Positions 1-11,133 of a stretch of DNA of 64,000 nucleotides are shown one piece after another (within the stretch, counting starts at the first letter, position 1; each line of letters starts with the position of its first letter). Below the pieces are notes generated by a model, which searched no databases, had not been told where the DNA came from, and was given only the letters and a program-made list of their open reading frames with translations. The stretch spans positions 32,001 through 96,000 of the forward strand of contig CAVTET010000005.1 of the NCBI GenBank assembly GCA_963733675.1, in the 5' to 3' direction. A program made the position numbers and the translations under genes. The stretch comes from an uncultured Methanosarcinaceae archaeon (lineage in GTDB: Archaea > Halobacteriota > Methanosarcinia > Methanosarcinales > Methanosarcinaceae).

Positions 1-28
1 ATTTATTATCACGGTTATCAATAGCGAT

Positions 29-355
29 ATGGTAACAAGTATGAAACCACAGGGGAAGAAGAAAATTTTCTTTCTGTGCACTCACAACTCAGTCAGGTCC
101 CAGATGGCTGAAGGCCTTTTAAGAGCTATGTATGGATATCGATACGATGCTTACAGTGCTGGAGTCGAGACCACAACTGTTAATCCTCTTGCTATTGCAG
201 TCATGAAGGAAATTGGTATTGATATCTCCAGTCAGCATTCAAAAACTCCCCAAGAATTTCAGGATATCATATTTGACGTGGCGGTTACTGTCTGCGATCG
301 GGCTAAAACGGCTTGTCCTATATGCAGTAAGAATCTTTCGCTTTTCCATTTATAA
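29..355 (+). pseudogene. arsC: Thioredoxin-coupled arsenate reductase (LMW-PTP fold), C-terminally truncated
   Basis: P-loop CTHNSVRS (C-X5-R), SQMAEG and TVCDRAKTACP present; the expected C-terminal WxxxDP region is missing and IS remnants follow. Confidence 0.8.
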
Positions 356-496
356 TCCTTTCTGGTAATATGTAGATTTGTAACTATTCAACCTACTAAT
401 AATCAGTTTAATGATGTCGATTATTCCAATAATATTTAATTATAACGTTTTTGACGTAATGCCAAAATCCAGTGATAAACGTAAATTTAAGTTAGG

Positions 497-792
497 CAGT
501 GTCACAGATTTCCTGTAAATTGGAAGTTAATTCTGTGCATAAGAACCGTCAAACAAGATCATAGATCTGTAAATTGGATAGTTCGTCCATGCTAGGATTC
601 AGTCTTTTCGCTCTGCTAGTAAGACTTTAAAAAGAATTGAAGCTATGAATATGGTTAAAAAAAGACAATTCGATAATCTAAATTACTCTGTTGATTTAAT
701 TTTAAAATGTTAGTATATTTCCCTCGGATCTTTTGATTTTTATTTATTACTAATAGATTTACATGTTATTCTGAAGTTTTTGCAACGGAACC
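497..792 (+). mobile_element. IS6-family 3' remnant with right terminal inverted repeat
   Basis: Decayed EQDHR...LGF...IEAMNM-like transposase tail at ~545-670; TTTTTGCAACGGAACC end at ~777-792. Confidence 0.6.
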
Positions 793-904
793 AACTAGAG
801 ATACCTGAACTTGAAGATTATATCTAAATTCAGAAATAAATCCAAAAAGTAAATTACCAAAAGTAATAAGTCTCGGATTTTTTCTACTAATTGAAAGTAA
901 AGTG

Positions 905-1354
905 TTATTCTTTATTTGGCTCATAGATCGTTCGCAAGACTTCTCTGCCATGCATTTTTGTATGGTTTATTGCTGCACGGATTGCCACCCGAATCATTTC
1001 CGTGGGGAGGGTTTCTTCTGTTGTCCCACCTGATGTTACTGCCCGGCAGCATGTTGTATTCCCGATAAGATCACCGCAGGATGAGCATTCAGTATACTGC
1101 ACCATGGCACCCACGAGATGTTCAATCGGTATGTTGTTAATGAGCACCAAATTCGACTCTCCAATCCTGTCTTCCGTGAGGGCGTTATCGATGATCTCTA
1201 CCTGTATCCCTTCCAGCTCTCCTGATCGTTCTAGCGATGCGATCGCCTCCAAAATATTCCCGTAGGTACCACTGCATCGGTCACAGGTTTCGCCCCTTAT
1301 TTCGAGATGACGCCATTCGATAGTGAGACCCTGTTGAACCATATCATCCTTCAT
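905..1354 (-). CDS. DUF2703-family protein (thioredoxin-like, often near ars genes)
   Basis: IEWRHL...TCDRC..T, ESN..INxxPIE, CxSC...CCR motifs; probable start MKDD at 1354. Confidence 0.7.
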   Translation of the reverse strand: MKDDMVQQGLTIEWRHLEIRGETCDRCSGTYGNILEAIASLERSGELEGIQVEIIDNALTEDRIGESNLVLINNIPIEHLVGAMVQYTECSSCGDLIGNTTCCRAVTSGGTTEETLPTEMIRVAIRAAINHTKMHGREVLRTIYEPNKE

Positions 1355-1511
1355 ACCAAATCTCTCCTTTTTCCCACTGCATGATTTTAATAATTGCCCC
1401 GTTAACAATCTCAGTTTTTGAAAACCTATCTTCAGCAATAGTCTATCTTGACTATAATATATAATTTACAATGGACATTGTATTAAAAAATGTGCTTTAG
1501 ACCAAGTATCG

Positions 1512-1661
1512 GGTTCCGTTGCAAAAACTCTGGTTTTTTCACAAAATCATTGAAAAACATCACAATTCGGAAAGTTAATCATTTTTATTCGGGAGGACAT
1601 TATATAAAAATATAAGAATCGTAGTATCAGGCTATGGAAATATCATTTTTGCAACAATGTC
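1512..1661. mobile_element. Short IS6-like element/MITE
   Basis: GGTTCCGTTGCAAAAA at 1512 and inverted TTTTTGCAACAATGTC ending ~1661; no ORF inside. Confidence 0.5.
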
Positions 1662-1747
1662 GGAACTTTTCCTTGTAATTAAAGGTACTAATATCTCTGT
1701 CTTTCAAGACACTAACCAAATATAAAGGATTATAAAAATGGACTCAC

Positions 1748-2016
1748 ATGAAAACTAAAAAACGATATATGAATTATCAAAGAAATATGCGGATAAGAAA
1801 GGATATAAACTCAATCCAGATAAAGAGGTGCTTGACATTGTGATCGATGGACTCGCAAAAAATCAAGAAAAATATGGGAAAAGGTACTACCCTTGTAGAA
1901 TACTAACAGACGATAAAGAAGAAAACAAAAAAATAGTCTGTCCCTGCGCATATCATAAAGAATAAATCAAAATGAATGGAATGTGTCAATGTAAACTGTT
2001 TTTGAAAGGAGGATAA
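1748..2016 (+). pseudogene. Ferredoxin:thioredoxin reductase catalytic-subunit-like protein
   Basis: Manual translation KKGYKLNPDKEVLDIVIDGLAKNQEKYGKRYYPCR...IVCPCAYHKE*IKMNGMCQCKLF; early frameshift and in-frame TAA. Confidence 0.75.
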
Positions 2017-2804
2017 TTATACTAATGATAACAATTTTGCCTTATTCCTATTTATGCAAGGTGGAACTGATAGACCTCAATCAAATGCAAGGTACAATCT
2101 TCAGCTCTAAATTAACTATTGCTTCTTCCAATTCATGCAAACCAAAAACAGCAATTACTATTTTTATATTTTTATATTTAAAAATGCATTCTCTGTTTAA
2201 ATTCACCTTATTACTTATTTCTTCAAACGCAGAAATTACCTTTGTAAAAACTGTTTCTGCACCCTTTATGTATCTCCTTATTCCTGTATGGAACAAGCAG
2301 TGAAATTATTAAAAACAGAAATCCTAAAGCTCCCTTGGCTGCAACAGTCTGTTCACATGAGTATTGATTTTGTGCTCCTTTTAGGTTCATTATATATTTT
2401 ATGTTTAAACGGTCTGTGAATTTAGTATCGGAAAAATAGACGATAAAGAAGCAAAAGCAAATACGATGAAAAAGAGGTTAATAGATAACGCTTTTAGATT
2501 TGCCTGTATGTTTCTCATAGTTTTTTGCGTTTAATCGTACGCTACAGATGGGTAATAGAGTGTATATTTTGATGGCTGGGGTAGTTGGCTACCTATTCCT
2601 CGTTATTTAGAGTTTTCCTTTCTTGTTACTAGGTTCCGAGACTTTGTACTTGAGACACAAGCGAAACAACTTGGTTAGGAATCTCCTTACTAGACTCCGA
2701 AAGAGATGAGGAAGATCAGTTCACATGTATCAATTATTCTTGATACTCGTCCTGTGGGTTTTTAAAATTTAAGTATCTATTTATCTATTACATAGATTTT
2801 AAAT

Positions 2805-2946
2805 CCTACATTCCGCAGATGTACACAAAAATGCCATCAATTATCCCAATATGGCAATAGTTGAAAAATTAACCCATCCTTTGATGGATAATTTTGGGCA
2901 AATCGGCAAATAAATTCTTCATCTGTGTACATTTGCAGAATGTGGG
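2805..2946. mobile_element. MITE with IS1634-like terminal inverted repeats
   Basis: CCTACATTCCGCAGATGTACACA ... TGTGTACATTTGCAGAATGTGGG; flanks ttaaat/ttatat resemble a 6-bp target duplication. Confidence 0.6.
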
Positions 2947-3186
2947 TTATATAGATTTTGGAAAAATTTGATGAATTAAGGAGGCTGTGAATTGGGAAAA
3001 GAAAAGGATGCGGTGCCAGCAGAAAAAACTGAAGATGATCAAAAGGATGATGAAGAAGATATTCTTTACACGCATAAGCCTGATAATCGAGTTAGTAGCA
3101 TTCAATGGAACCCTGCTTTTTGCAGAAGACCTAGCCATTGAAATAGTTGTGAAAAATAGATAAAATTATTAATCGGAGGAAATTAA

Positions 3187-3540
3187 ATGTCATTTTTGAA
3201 TGATATATTGCCTGAAACTGCTGAAGCTTATGGACAGCTGAGAAATTCAATTTTCAAGGACAGCTACCTTGATGTTAAAACTAAAGAATTGATTGCTATC
3301 GCCTCCTCGGTTCTTATGCGCTGCCAATTCTGTGTTGTTGCACATTCCCAAAGGGCAGTTGCTGCAGGAGCCATAAAGGAAGAGATAGCAGAAGCAATTT
3401 CAGTTGCAATGTTTATTGCCGCAGGATCACAGATAGGATGGACTAACGTATATATCGAAAACATATACGACAAAATTTTTGACAACGATCTGAAAGAAGA
3501 TGCAAAAGAAGATGAATGCGGTTGCTGCTGTAAAAATTAA
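3187..3540 (+). CDS. Carboxymuconolactone decarboxylase (CMD/AhpD-like) family protein with Cys-rich tail
   Basis: LDVKTKELIAIA...RCQFCVVAH..A...GA..EEI.EA motif; GGAGG RBS; C-terminal CGCCC. Confidence 0.85.
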   Translation: MSFLNDILPETAEAYGQLRNSIFKDSYLDVKTKELIAIASSVLMRCQFCVVAHSQRAVAAGAIKEEIAEAISVAMFIAAGSQIGWTNVYIENIYDKIFDNDLKEDAKEDECGCCCKN

Positions 3541-3608
3541 AAGCTACCATTCATTTTCATTTCCAAGTATACCTATTTTTGATATTTTTTTAGCTGTGTG
3601 CCTAACTC

Positions 3609-3965
3609 TTATTCTTTTTCATTTTGGATCTGAGATATAATGCTCAAAATATTCCCAAATTCAGGGTTTAATCTGTAAAAATGCCATTTTGAACTGCTAT
3701 AACCTTCGATGACTCCACAATTTTTCATAATCGTCAGGTGATGGGAAACCAAGTTCTGTCGCACATTTAACTTAAATATTAGTTCACAGACACAGTGATC
3801 TCTTTGAGAAAGAAAGTAAGCAATCTTCAGTCTTATCGGATGTCCAAGAGCACTAAATATATCACTAGCTTTTTTTAGGTCATTTTCCAGAAAATCTATT
3901 TCCTGGAGCATTTTTTCTTCCCATTCTTTCTTTTTCTCTGGTTCTGTAGGGCAGCAATAGCTCAT
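3609..3965 (-). CDS. arsR: ArsR/SmtB-family transcriptional regulator
   Basis: FSALGHPIRLKI...CVCEL...QNLVSHHL motif; N-terminal CC; ars context. Confidence 0.85.
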   Translation of the reverse strand: MSYCCPTEPEKKKEWEEKMLQEIDFLENDLKKASDIFSALGHPIRLKIAYFLSQRDHCVCELIFKLNVRQNLVSHHLTIMKNCGVIEGYSSSKWHFYRLNPEFGNILSIISQIQNEKE

Positions 3966-4234
3966 AAATTAAAGAACTTAAGCTTTCTAATTAAGGATTT
4001 TCATATCAATTTTGTTTGATACATAATATAATTTATATATGTTTAGTTTGATGCCACAAATAAAAAGCCAATAATTAGCATGCTTCCGATATCTAGAAAA
4101 GAAAAGTATCAATAAAACAATATAGACATAACTTTGTTAACATAACCATTAATTCCACATCTTGCTTTTTTATAATGAAAGAAAAAGATGCAGAGTTAAT
4201 CAAATTTTACAGAACTTTGGGTACACTGCCAAAA

Positions 4235-4567
4235 TTAATGTGTGTAGTCAATAATTTTTACGGTATCGCCAAGTTTCCTAACGATGGAGTCTTTCATTGC
4301 TTGTGCATGAGGACACGGAAAACCTATAGGAGTACCCTTAAATATGCAAGAAGCAAATACGATTGTGTCTGACCTTCTTCTTACCATTTCTGCCGCTCTT
4401 GTTACAGCTTTTTTACCTGGGCAACCACCACAAGTATTGATACCTATTACTTAAATGTCTTCTGTAATTCCGTCAAAAGCCAGTTTCTTTTCTTTTATCA
4501 CCTTTAAACAAGCAGTAGCAGGACACATATCTTCTGTTTGAGTACATCTGATTAAGCCAACTTTCAT
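4235..4567 (-). pseudogene. CGGC-domain protein, in-frame TAA at 4451-4453
   Basis: Manual translation MKVGLIRCTQTEDMCPATAC...EDI*VIGINTCGGCPG...FASC...GFPCPH...IIDYTH. Confidence 0.8.
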
Positions 4568-4876
4568 AAAACATTCTCCTTTACGTTTTTTACAAATACA
4601 AATCATTGTTTGTTCTGCATAAATCTTCCATGCAATAAATTAATAGTTTTTTGCGTCTGTCTCCTTGTTAGCCTGTGTAAGAGCCAAACGTAAAGATAAA
4701 AACAAAATCTAATAGCTACTTCTTTGCCTTAAAACATAGCTATTTAGTTAAACGGATAAGTGAACTTTAAGTATTTTTCGATGTCTGAAACTTCCGAAGA
4801 GCTGCAGAAAATCGGAACTATTTTGCAGGAATAGAATACGCTTTAATAAAGTCATCACGAATGATTTGTAGAGAAA

Positions 4877-6022
4877 ATGAAACAGTTAAACAGCCTTGAC
4901 CATATTAAAAGCTCATATAAAGCGCGAATTTCTCAGGTAGCTGAGGAAAGGAAAACTGGAAAGAAAATAGTTGGTACTTTTTGTCTTTTCGTGCCTGATG
5001 AAATAATCTTTGCTGCAGGTTCTGACCGTATGATACTTTGCGGGGGTAAAAATGAAACTGTGTCAATAGCAGAACAATATTTACCTAGGAATATCTGCCC
5101 ACTTGTCAAGTCTTCTTTTGGTTCGATTGTTAATAACAGTTGTTCTGGTGTAAAGTCCTGCTCTCACTTCGGCATGATAGACATGATCGTCGCCGAAAAT
5201 ACCTGTGATAGTAAGAAAAAAATGTACGAGTTATTGGGAAATTATGTCTCAACCTATGTGATCGACCTTCCGCAAAGATCCGACAGCTCAGACGCCCTAA
5301 AATATTTTTTGAGAGAGCTTGACAAATTTAAAGGCGCCATGGAACAGCTTACAGGCAATAAGGTCACTGTTGAACAATTAAAGAAGGAAATAAAGTCCTT
5401 AAACGAAACTAGAAAATTGGTTCACAGGCTCTATGACTTACGAAAAATGGATCCCCCGTCTATCAATGGTGTCGATGTTTTGAAGGTCATGCAAAAGCAG
5501 TATTTCCTATCTCTGGATCAATTAAAGGAAGCCCTTAGCATGCTTATTAGGGAAGTAAAGCAAGTTAAGGTGGACTGGGTGCACAAGCCCAGGATAATGA
5601 TCTCCGGCTGTCCGATGCCGGGTGGCAACACAAAAGTGCCGGAGATAATCTAAAGTAAGGGTGGAGTAATCGTTGCGGAAGAAAGTTGTACGGGTACAAG
5701 ATCATTCTGGGATCTAGTAGATGAATATAAGGATCCAATGCTGGCTTTGGCAGAACACTACATCAAAATACCCTGTTCCTGTATGAGTCCAAATAACCGC
5801 CGCATCGATAACATCTTAGAACTTGCGAGAGAGTTTAAAGTCGATGGTGTAGTGTACTATACCTTGCAATTCTGCCATGGCTACAATATTGAAAAGTATA
5901 AAGTACAGCAGGCGCTGAAGAAAAAGGGAATACCTATGCTCACAATCGAAACTGACTACAGCGACTCTGATATCGAGCAGATAGGACTTCGTGTAGATGC
6001 TTTCATGGAGATGCTATCATGA
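4877..6022 (+). pseudogene. 2-hydroxyacyl-CoA dehydratase D / double-cubane cluster (DCCP-like) reductase, split by TAA at 5651-5653
   Basis: GTFCLFVPDE, LPRNICPLVKSSFG, ENTCDSKKKMYE, ISGCPM, EESCTG, IPCSCMSPN, LQFCHGY, IETDYS motifs in one frame across a single stop. Confidence 0.8.
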
Positions 6023-6780
6023 TCTCAGTGGGAATAGATGCAGGCTCAGCCACTACAAAGGCAGTCATGGTCATTGGAGGTCAGATTGTTTCCGACAATA
6101 TCAGGCCCACAGCATTCGATTTTGTATCAGTGTCAGAAGCGGCATATAAAAATGTGCTTGCCAATGCCGGAGTCGACGAAGACAATGTTGATCTCGTGTA
6201 TGCAACCGGATACGGGAGGAATAACATAAAGTTTGCCGACAGGGCTATAAGCGAGATCACCGCCCAAGCTAAAGGAATTTATCACCTGTATCCGGAAGTT
6301 AATGGTATAATAGATATCGGAGGCCAGGATAGCAAGGTTATCTCAGTGAATGGGGGAAAAGTAACTGATTTTTTAATGAATGACAAATGCGCAGCTGGCA
6401 CAGGCAAATTCTTAGAGTACACTGCAAGGGCGCTTGAAGTGCCGATAGAGGAGCTGGGGAGTCTGGCGCTTGCTTCAAAAACATCTGCAACCATAACAAA
6501 TATGTGTACTGTTTTTGCAGAGTCCGAGGTAATATCTCTTCGTGCGAGAGGATTTACGAAAGAAAATATCGCAGCTGGACTCATTGAAAGTATTGCTAGA
6601 AGGGGTGCTGTCATGGCCAGGCAATTAGAATTAAAACAAAATGTAGCTTTTGTGGGTGGTGTGGCTAAAAACGCTGGTATTGAAGCAGCGTTGGAAAAAG
6701 AACTGGACATCTTGCTTTATGTGCCACAGGAACCCCAAATTATGGGAGCATTAGGAGCAGCACTGTATGGCATAAGTTAA
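6019..6780 (+). CDS. ATP-dependent activator (HgdC/BadF ASKHA [4Fe-4S] family)
   Basis: GIDAGSATTK, ATGYGR, IDIGGQDSK, MNDKCAAGTG, CTVFAESEV, GGVAKN; ATGA overlap with the upstream gene. Confidence 0.9.
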   Translation: MISVGIDAGSATTKAVMVIGGQIVSDNIRPTAFDFVSVSEAAYKNVLANAGVDEDNVDLVYATGYGRNNIKFADRAISEITAQAKGIYHLYPEVNGIIDIGGQDSKVISVNGGKVTDFLMNDKCAAGTGKFLEYTARALEVPIEELGSLALASKTSATITNMCTVFAESEVISLRARGFTKENIAAGLIESIARRGAVMARQLELKQNVAFVGGVAKNAGIEAALEKELDILLYVPQEPQIMGALGAALYGIS

Positions 6781-7079
6781 AACAACCATCTTATCTCCCG
6801 CTTACATTAAAATTGGCTCGTTGCTGTTTTATTCCTGGAAGCCACACAAACCGTTAGCTTAGCTCCAAAGGGTAAAGCTAACTTCAATTCTTCTGAAATA
6901 ATCTATATATGTACAGTCTTGGCTCGCCAGAAGGCATATAATGCTTATAATTAAAATATTCAAGTAAGCTAAAATCTTCTCCTAAGAATTTTACCAATAT
7001 ATTTTGCTCATAGTTTTTAACATCCAAACCGCTACATTTTTTGCTCCTTCTAGCGAAAAGGCAGAAATAATGACATAAC

Positions 7080-7660
7080 GGTTACGTTGCAAAAAATCCA
7101 TTCTAATGATATGATAGAATAAAAAGAAAACCAAAGATCGTAATATGCTATCTAATTCCTTTAAATGGAAGCATTATGAAGGAGAAATCATCTTATTGAA
7201 TGTAAGATGGTACTTAAAATACCCACTTAGCTATAGAAATTTAAAGAAAATTGATAGAAAGAGGAATTCAAGTTGATCACAGTACTATAATGAGATGTGT
7301 GCATCAATATTCCCCTGAAATATAAAAGAAGATAAGAAGACATTTAAGACCAACAAATGATTCGTGGAGAGTTGATGAAACCTATATCAAAGTAAAAGGT
7401 AAATGGAAATATCTTTATCGAGAGTTGATTCAAATGGAGATACAATTGATTTCATGTTAGGTTCAAAACAAAATAGAAAAGCAGCGAATAGATTCTTTAA
7501 AAAGGCTTTAAGTTCAAATCATAATCAAATTCCAAGGGTAATAACCGTTGATAAAAATCCAGCCTATCCACCTGCTATAGATAAACTGAAAAATGAGAAG
7601 AATTTGTTTAAAAATGTTGAAATTAGATAAGTGAGGTATTTGAATAACATTATTCTCTAG
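7080..7660 (+). mobile_element. IS6-family transposase pseudogene with left TIR, 3'-truncated
   Basis: GGTTACGTTGCAAAAA end; FKWKHYEGEIILLNVRWYLKYPLSYRNL, WRVDETYIKVKGKW, VDKNPAYP, YLNNII with stops and frameshifts. Confidence 0.85.
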
Positions 7661-7744
7661 GTTAATGACCCTATTGTCCACAAAATCGGGTCTTGGATAT
7701 CTTCATATGAATTCGCGTGCCCGAGAAAATAGCCATATATATTC

Positions 7745-7991
7745 CTCACCTGGAGATAAAAGTGAAATCAATTATATGATTTTTTTATCAAAGACAGTAA
7801 CTAGTCCGTGATCAGTTACATGCGATCAAACAGAAATTCATAAATCAGAGAGATATTGAATAGGTATATTCTACTTACTGTCTTGCAAAGTCATAGATTA
7901 AATATATGTTTATTATTTTACTAAAGAAATTTTATTTAATTTTCAAGTAATTATTAACGAAAGCTGTAAACAATATAGGTATTTATGGTAG
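7745..7991 (+). repeat. ~245-bp dispersed repeat (probable IS end); diverged inverted copy at 29069-29312
   Basis: Shared blocks GGAGA(T/C)AAAAGTGAAATCAAT, CTGTCTTGCAAAGTCA, TTTTCAAGTAAT, TGTAAACAATATAG. Confidence 0.7.
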
Positions 7992-7993
7992 TT

Positions 7994-8318
7994 GGAGCTG
8001 AACCAAAGTATTCTCCTTCAAAAGTCATGCAAATTATAAAAAGTATTATAGCAAGATAAATCTTTAAACAATACCCTGAAATCAAAAAACAGCTTTAGGG
8101 TGGTGAACTGTGGAGTGATTGAGGTTACATTGGAACTATAGAAGATGGAACAACTTCAGATGTTATCAAAAACTATGTTGAAAATCAGGGAAACAGGGAA
8201 GAAAAAGAAGCATATCAGCAAATGAAAATATTCGATTTTTAATAGCCATTAAAACCAGAGCGGGGGCGCGAACATACCCCGCTACAAGCAGCGGGAGGCG
8301 CCAGCGCAACTTTGATTT
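7994..8318 (+). mobile_element. IS200/IS605 TnpA 3' remnant with downstream hairpin
   Basis: PKYSPSKVMQIIKS...YPEIKKQL*GGELWSD*GYIGT...IKNYVENQG; hairpin CCCGCT-ACAAGC-AGCGGG. Confidence 0.8.
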
Positions 8319-8319
8319 A

Positions 8320-8792
8320 GTGATTCCTTTTGTATCTGGATTTTTAACCCACTACTTCTTAAGTCCTTCAAAAGGAGCGGAATGGTATGATAATAAATTT
8401 ATTCCTAGGACAGGTCCAATTTCGCTTTATGCTCTATTATTTACGATTATTGTAATGTTCTCTTTAAAAGGTGAATATATTGTTACGTTGCCTTTAGATG
8501 TTGTAAGAATTGCAATTCCACTCTTAATTCATTTTGGAATCATTTTCGGAATCTCTTTCTTCGTCTCCCAAAAAATGGGCATTAACTACGCACAAACAAC
8601 ATCTCTTGCTTTTATCGCAGCAAGTAACAACTTCGAGCTGGCGATTGCAGTCGCAGTAGCAATCTTTGGTATTAATTCAGAGCAGGCATTTGCAGCGGTA
8701 GTAGGTCCTTTGATTGAAGTGCAGTTATGGCTGGACTTGTGAATGTAGCACTTTACTGGAGAAAGAAATATTTTTCTGTTGCCTATTCTTGA
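8320..8792 (+). pseudogene. acr3: ACR3-family arsenite efflux transporter, 3' fragment
   Basis: [33 protein letters not shown] motifs; 5' half lost next to the IS200 remnant; frameshift near 8725. Confidence 0.85.
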
Positions 8793-8914
8793 TTACGCAA
8801 AATATGGTGGCTAGTTATTCCAACATATTAAAAAATGATTTGTATAAGCTGAATAAAAGTCAAGCCGAGAGAATATTAGTGTAAATAATATATAAATTAA
8901 AGGAGAAATATTTG

Positions 8915-9283
8915 ATGGCAAAAATAACAATTTTTGACCCTTCAATGTGTTGTTCCACGGGTTATGTGGACCTGTAATTGACTTGGAGCTTTTAAGGATA
9001 TCAACTGTTATAAGTAATCTTGAAAAAAACAGTGTAAAAGTTGAAAGATATAACCTTAACAGTAATCCACAGGCTTTTGTAGATAACATAGTTATAAACG
9101 AAATACTAAACCGAGATGGTGTTGAAGTGTTACCCGTAACTATTGTTGACGGTAGTGGTCAAGACTAAGAAATATCCTACAAACGATCAGCTGCTTAAAT
9201 TTTTGGATGTACCAGAAAGCTATATATAGAGAAAAGAAAAGCCTGCGACGAAGGACTCCTGTTGTAGCGATGGTCGTTGCTAA
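8915..9283 (+). pseudogene. arsD: Arsenite metallochaperone ArsD, frameshifted
   Basis: MAKITIFDPSMCCSTG/CGPVID...RYNL..NPQAF...LPVTIVDG; Cys-rich tail; two frameshifts. Confidence 0.85.
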
Positions 9284-9298
9284 CATTAAGCCAATTAG

Positions 9299-11053
9299 GT
9301 GAGTATATTGTTTGAAACATTTAACCCCAAAAAAATAAAACTTACTAAACATTTATTTTTTACAGGTAAAGGCGGTGTTGGAAAAACATCCACTGCATGC
9401 GCAACTGCTGTGACTCTAGCGGATGAAGGGGAAAAGGTTTTGCTGATTAGTACTGATCCTGCCTCAAATCTGCAAGATGTATTTAACATCGAGTTAAATA
9501 ATAAAGGGGTTTCTATAAAAGATGTGCCCAATTTGATTGTGGTCAACATTGATCCTGAAGAAGCTGCACAAGAATATAAAGAAAATATTGTAGCACCATA
9601 TAGAGGGAAGCTACCTGAAGTAGTAATTAAAAGTATGGAGGAACAACTTTCAGGTTCATGTACTGTTGAAATAGCTGCCTTTAATGAGTTTTCAGCATTT
9701 ATAACTGATGAAAAGATAGAGCAAGAATATTACTATATCATTTTTGATACAGCTCCTACTGGACACACTCTTCGATTAATGCAGCTGCCTTCAGCCTGGA
9801 GTAATTTCATAAGCGAAAGTACACATGGAGCTTCTTGTTTAGGCCAGCTTTCCGGGCTTGAAAGTAAAAAAGAGATTTATAAACAAGCCGTAGAAACACT
9901 ATCTAATAAAGACATGACTACTCTGATTCTTGTTTCCCGCTCGGAAAAAGAACCTCTTAAAGAGGCTGAGAGCGCTTCACAGGAGCTGAAATATTTAGGA
10001 ATTAATAATCAAATACTTATAATCAATGGCATGCTGCAAAGCTATGATGATATTGCATCTCGAAGCCTTTTTGACAAGCAACGAGAGGATTTAAAAGGCA
10101 TGCCCGTTGATTTAAAAAATTTCATGACTTATAAAAGTCCTCTCAGAGTCTATAATATTACCGGTATAGATAACGTAATGGCATTCTTACACCAGGAGAA
10201 CGATAAAATTAGAGGTGAAAAGATCCGTTCTAAGCGGATTCCTAAACTCAAAAATGTTATAGATGACCTGTATGTTTCTGGCAAAAAAGTAGTATTCACC
10301 ATGGGTAAAGGTGGAGTAGGAAAAACAATGATTGCAGTAGCAATTGCATTAGGTCTGGCCAGAAAGGATGCTAAAGTTCACTTTACAACAACAGACCTTG
10401 CAGCGCACGTTAAATCTATGATAGAAGAAAGTAGTGATATAACAATAAGTAGGATTGACGAAGAGGCGGAGCTTGCTAAATATAAAGAATAAGTGCTTAG
10501 CAAAGCAAGGGAAACAATGAGTGAAGAGGATATCGCCTATATAGAAGAAGATTTAAAATCCCCCTGCACGCAGGAAATTGCTATTTTTAGAGCGTTTGCT
10601 CAAATTGTAGAGAAAGCTAAAAATGAGGTTGTTGTTATTGATACAGCTCCCACAGGACCTACTCTTTTACTTCTTGATTCAATCCAAAGTTATCATAGAG
10701 AAATCAGTCGTTTGCAAAGTGATATCCCAGAGTCAGTTGAAAATTTGTTACCCATGTTGAGAAATGCTGAAGAAACCGAAGTTCTGATCATTACATTAGC
10801 AGAAACTACACCTGTGTACGAAGCAGTGCGGCTTGAGTCTGACCTCAAACGTGCTGGAATCAATAGCAAATGGTGGATAATCAATGCCAGCTTATATGCA
10901 ACTGAAACAGCGAATAAAACACTTAAGGCAAAGGCCAGCAATGAGATTGAATGGATAAACAAGATTGACAAGCATTCCAATGGAAATTTTGCGGTTATAG
11001 AGTGGACAGCAGATGAAATTAAAGGTGAAAAGCTATTAGATCTGATAGAGTAA
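9299..11053 (+). pseudogene. arsA: Arsenical pump-driving ATPase ArsA, in-frame TAA at 10490-10492
   Basis: Two GKGGVGKT P-loops, DTAPTGH, SGSCTVE, GASCLG, SPCTQE; the two ORFs are contiguous in frame across one stop. Confidence 0.9.
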
Positions 11054-11133
11054 TATGAAGCTCAAATACATAGAAATAATAATACGTGCAGTCAAGTAAA
11101 CCTAAATTCAATTGACTGTCGATTTTTTTACTA

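Noticed and set aside
2022-2400. Minus-strand remnant vaguely resembling a DUF116-type protein (ORF 2081-2296)
   Set aside because: Too degraded; the key Cys motifs are absent, so no supportable call.
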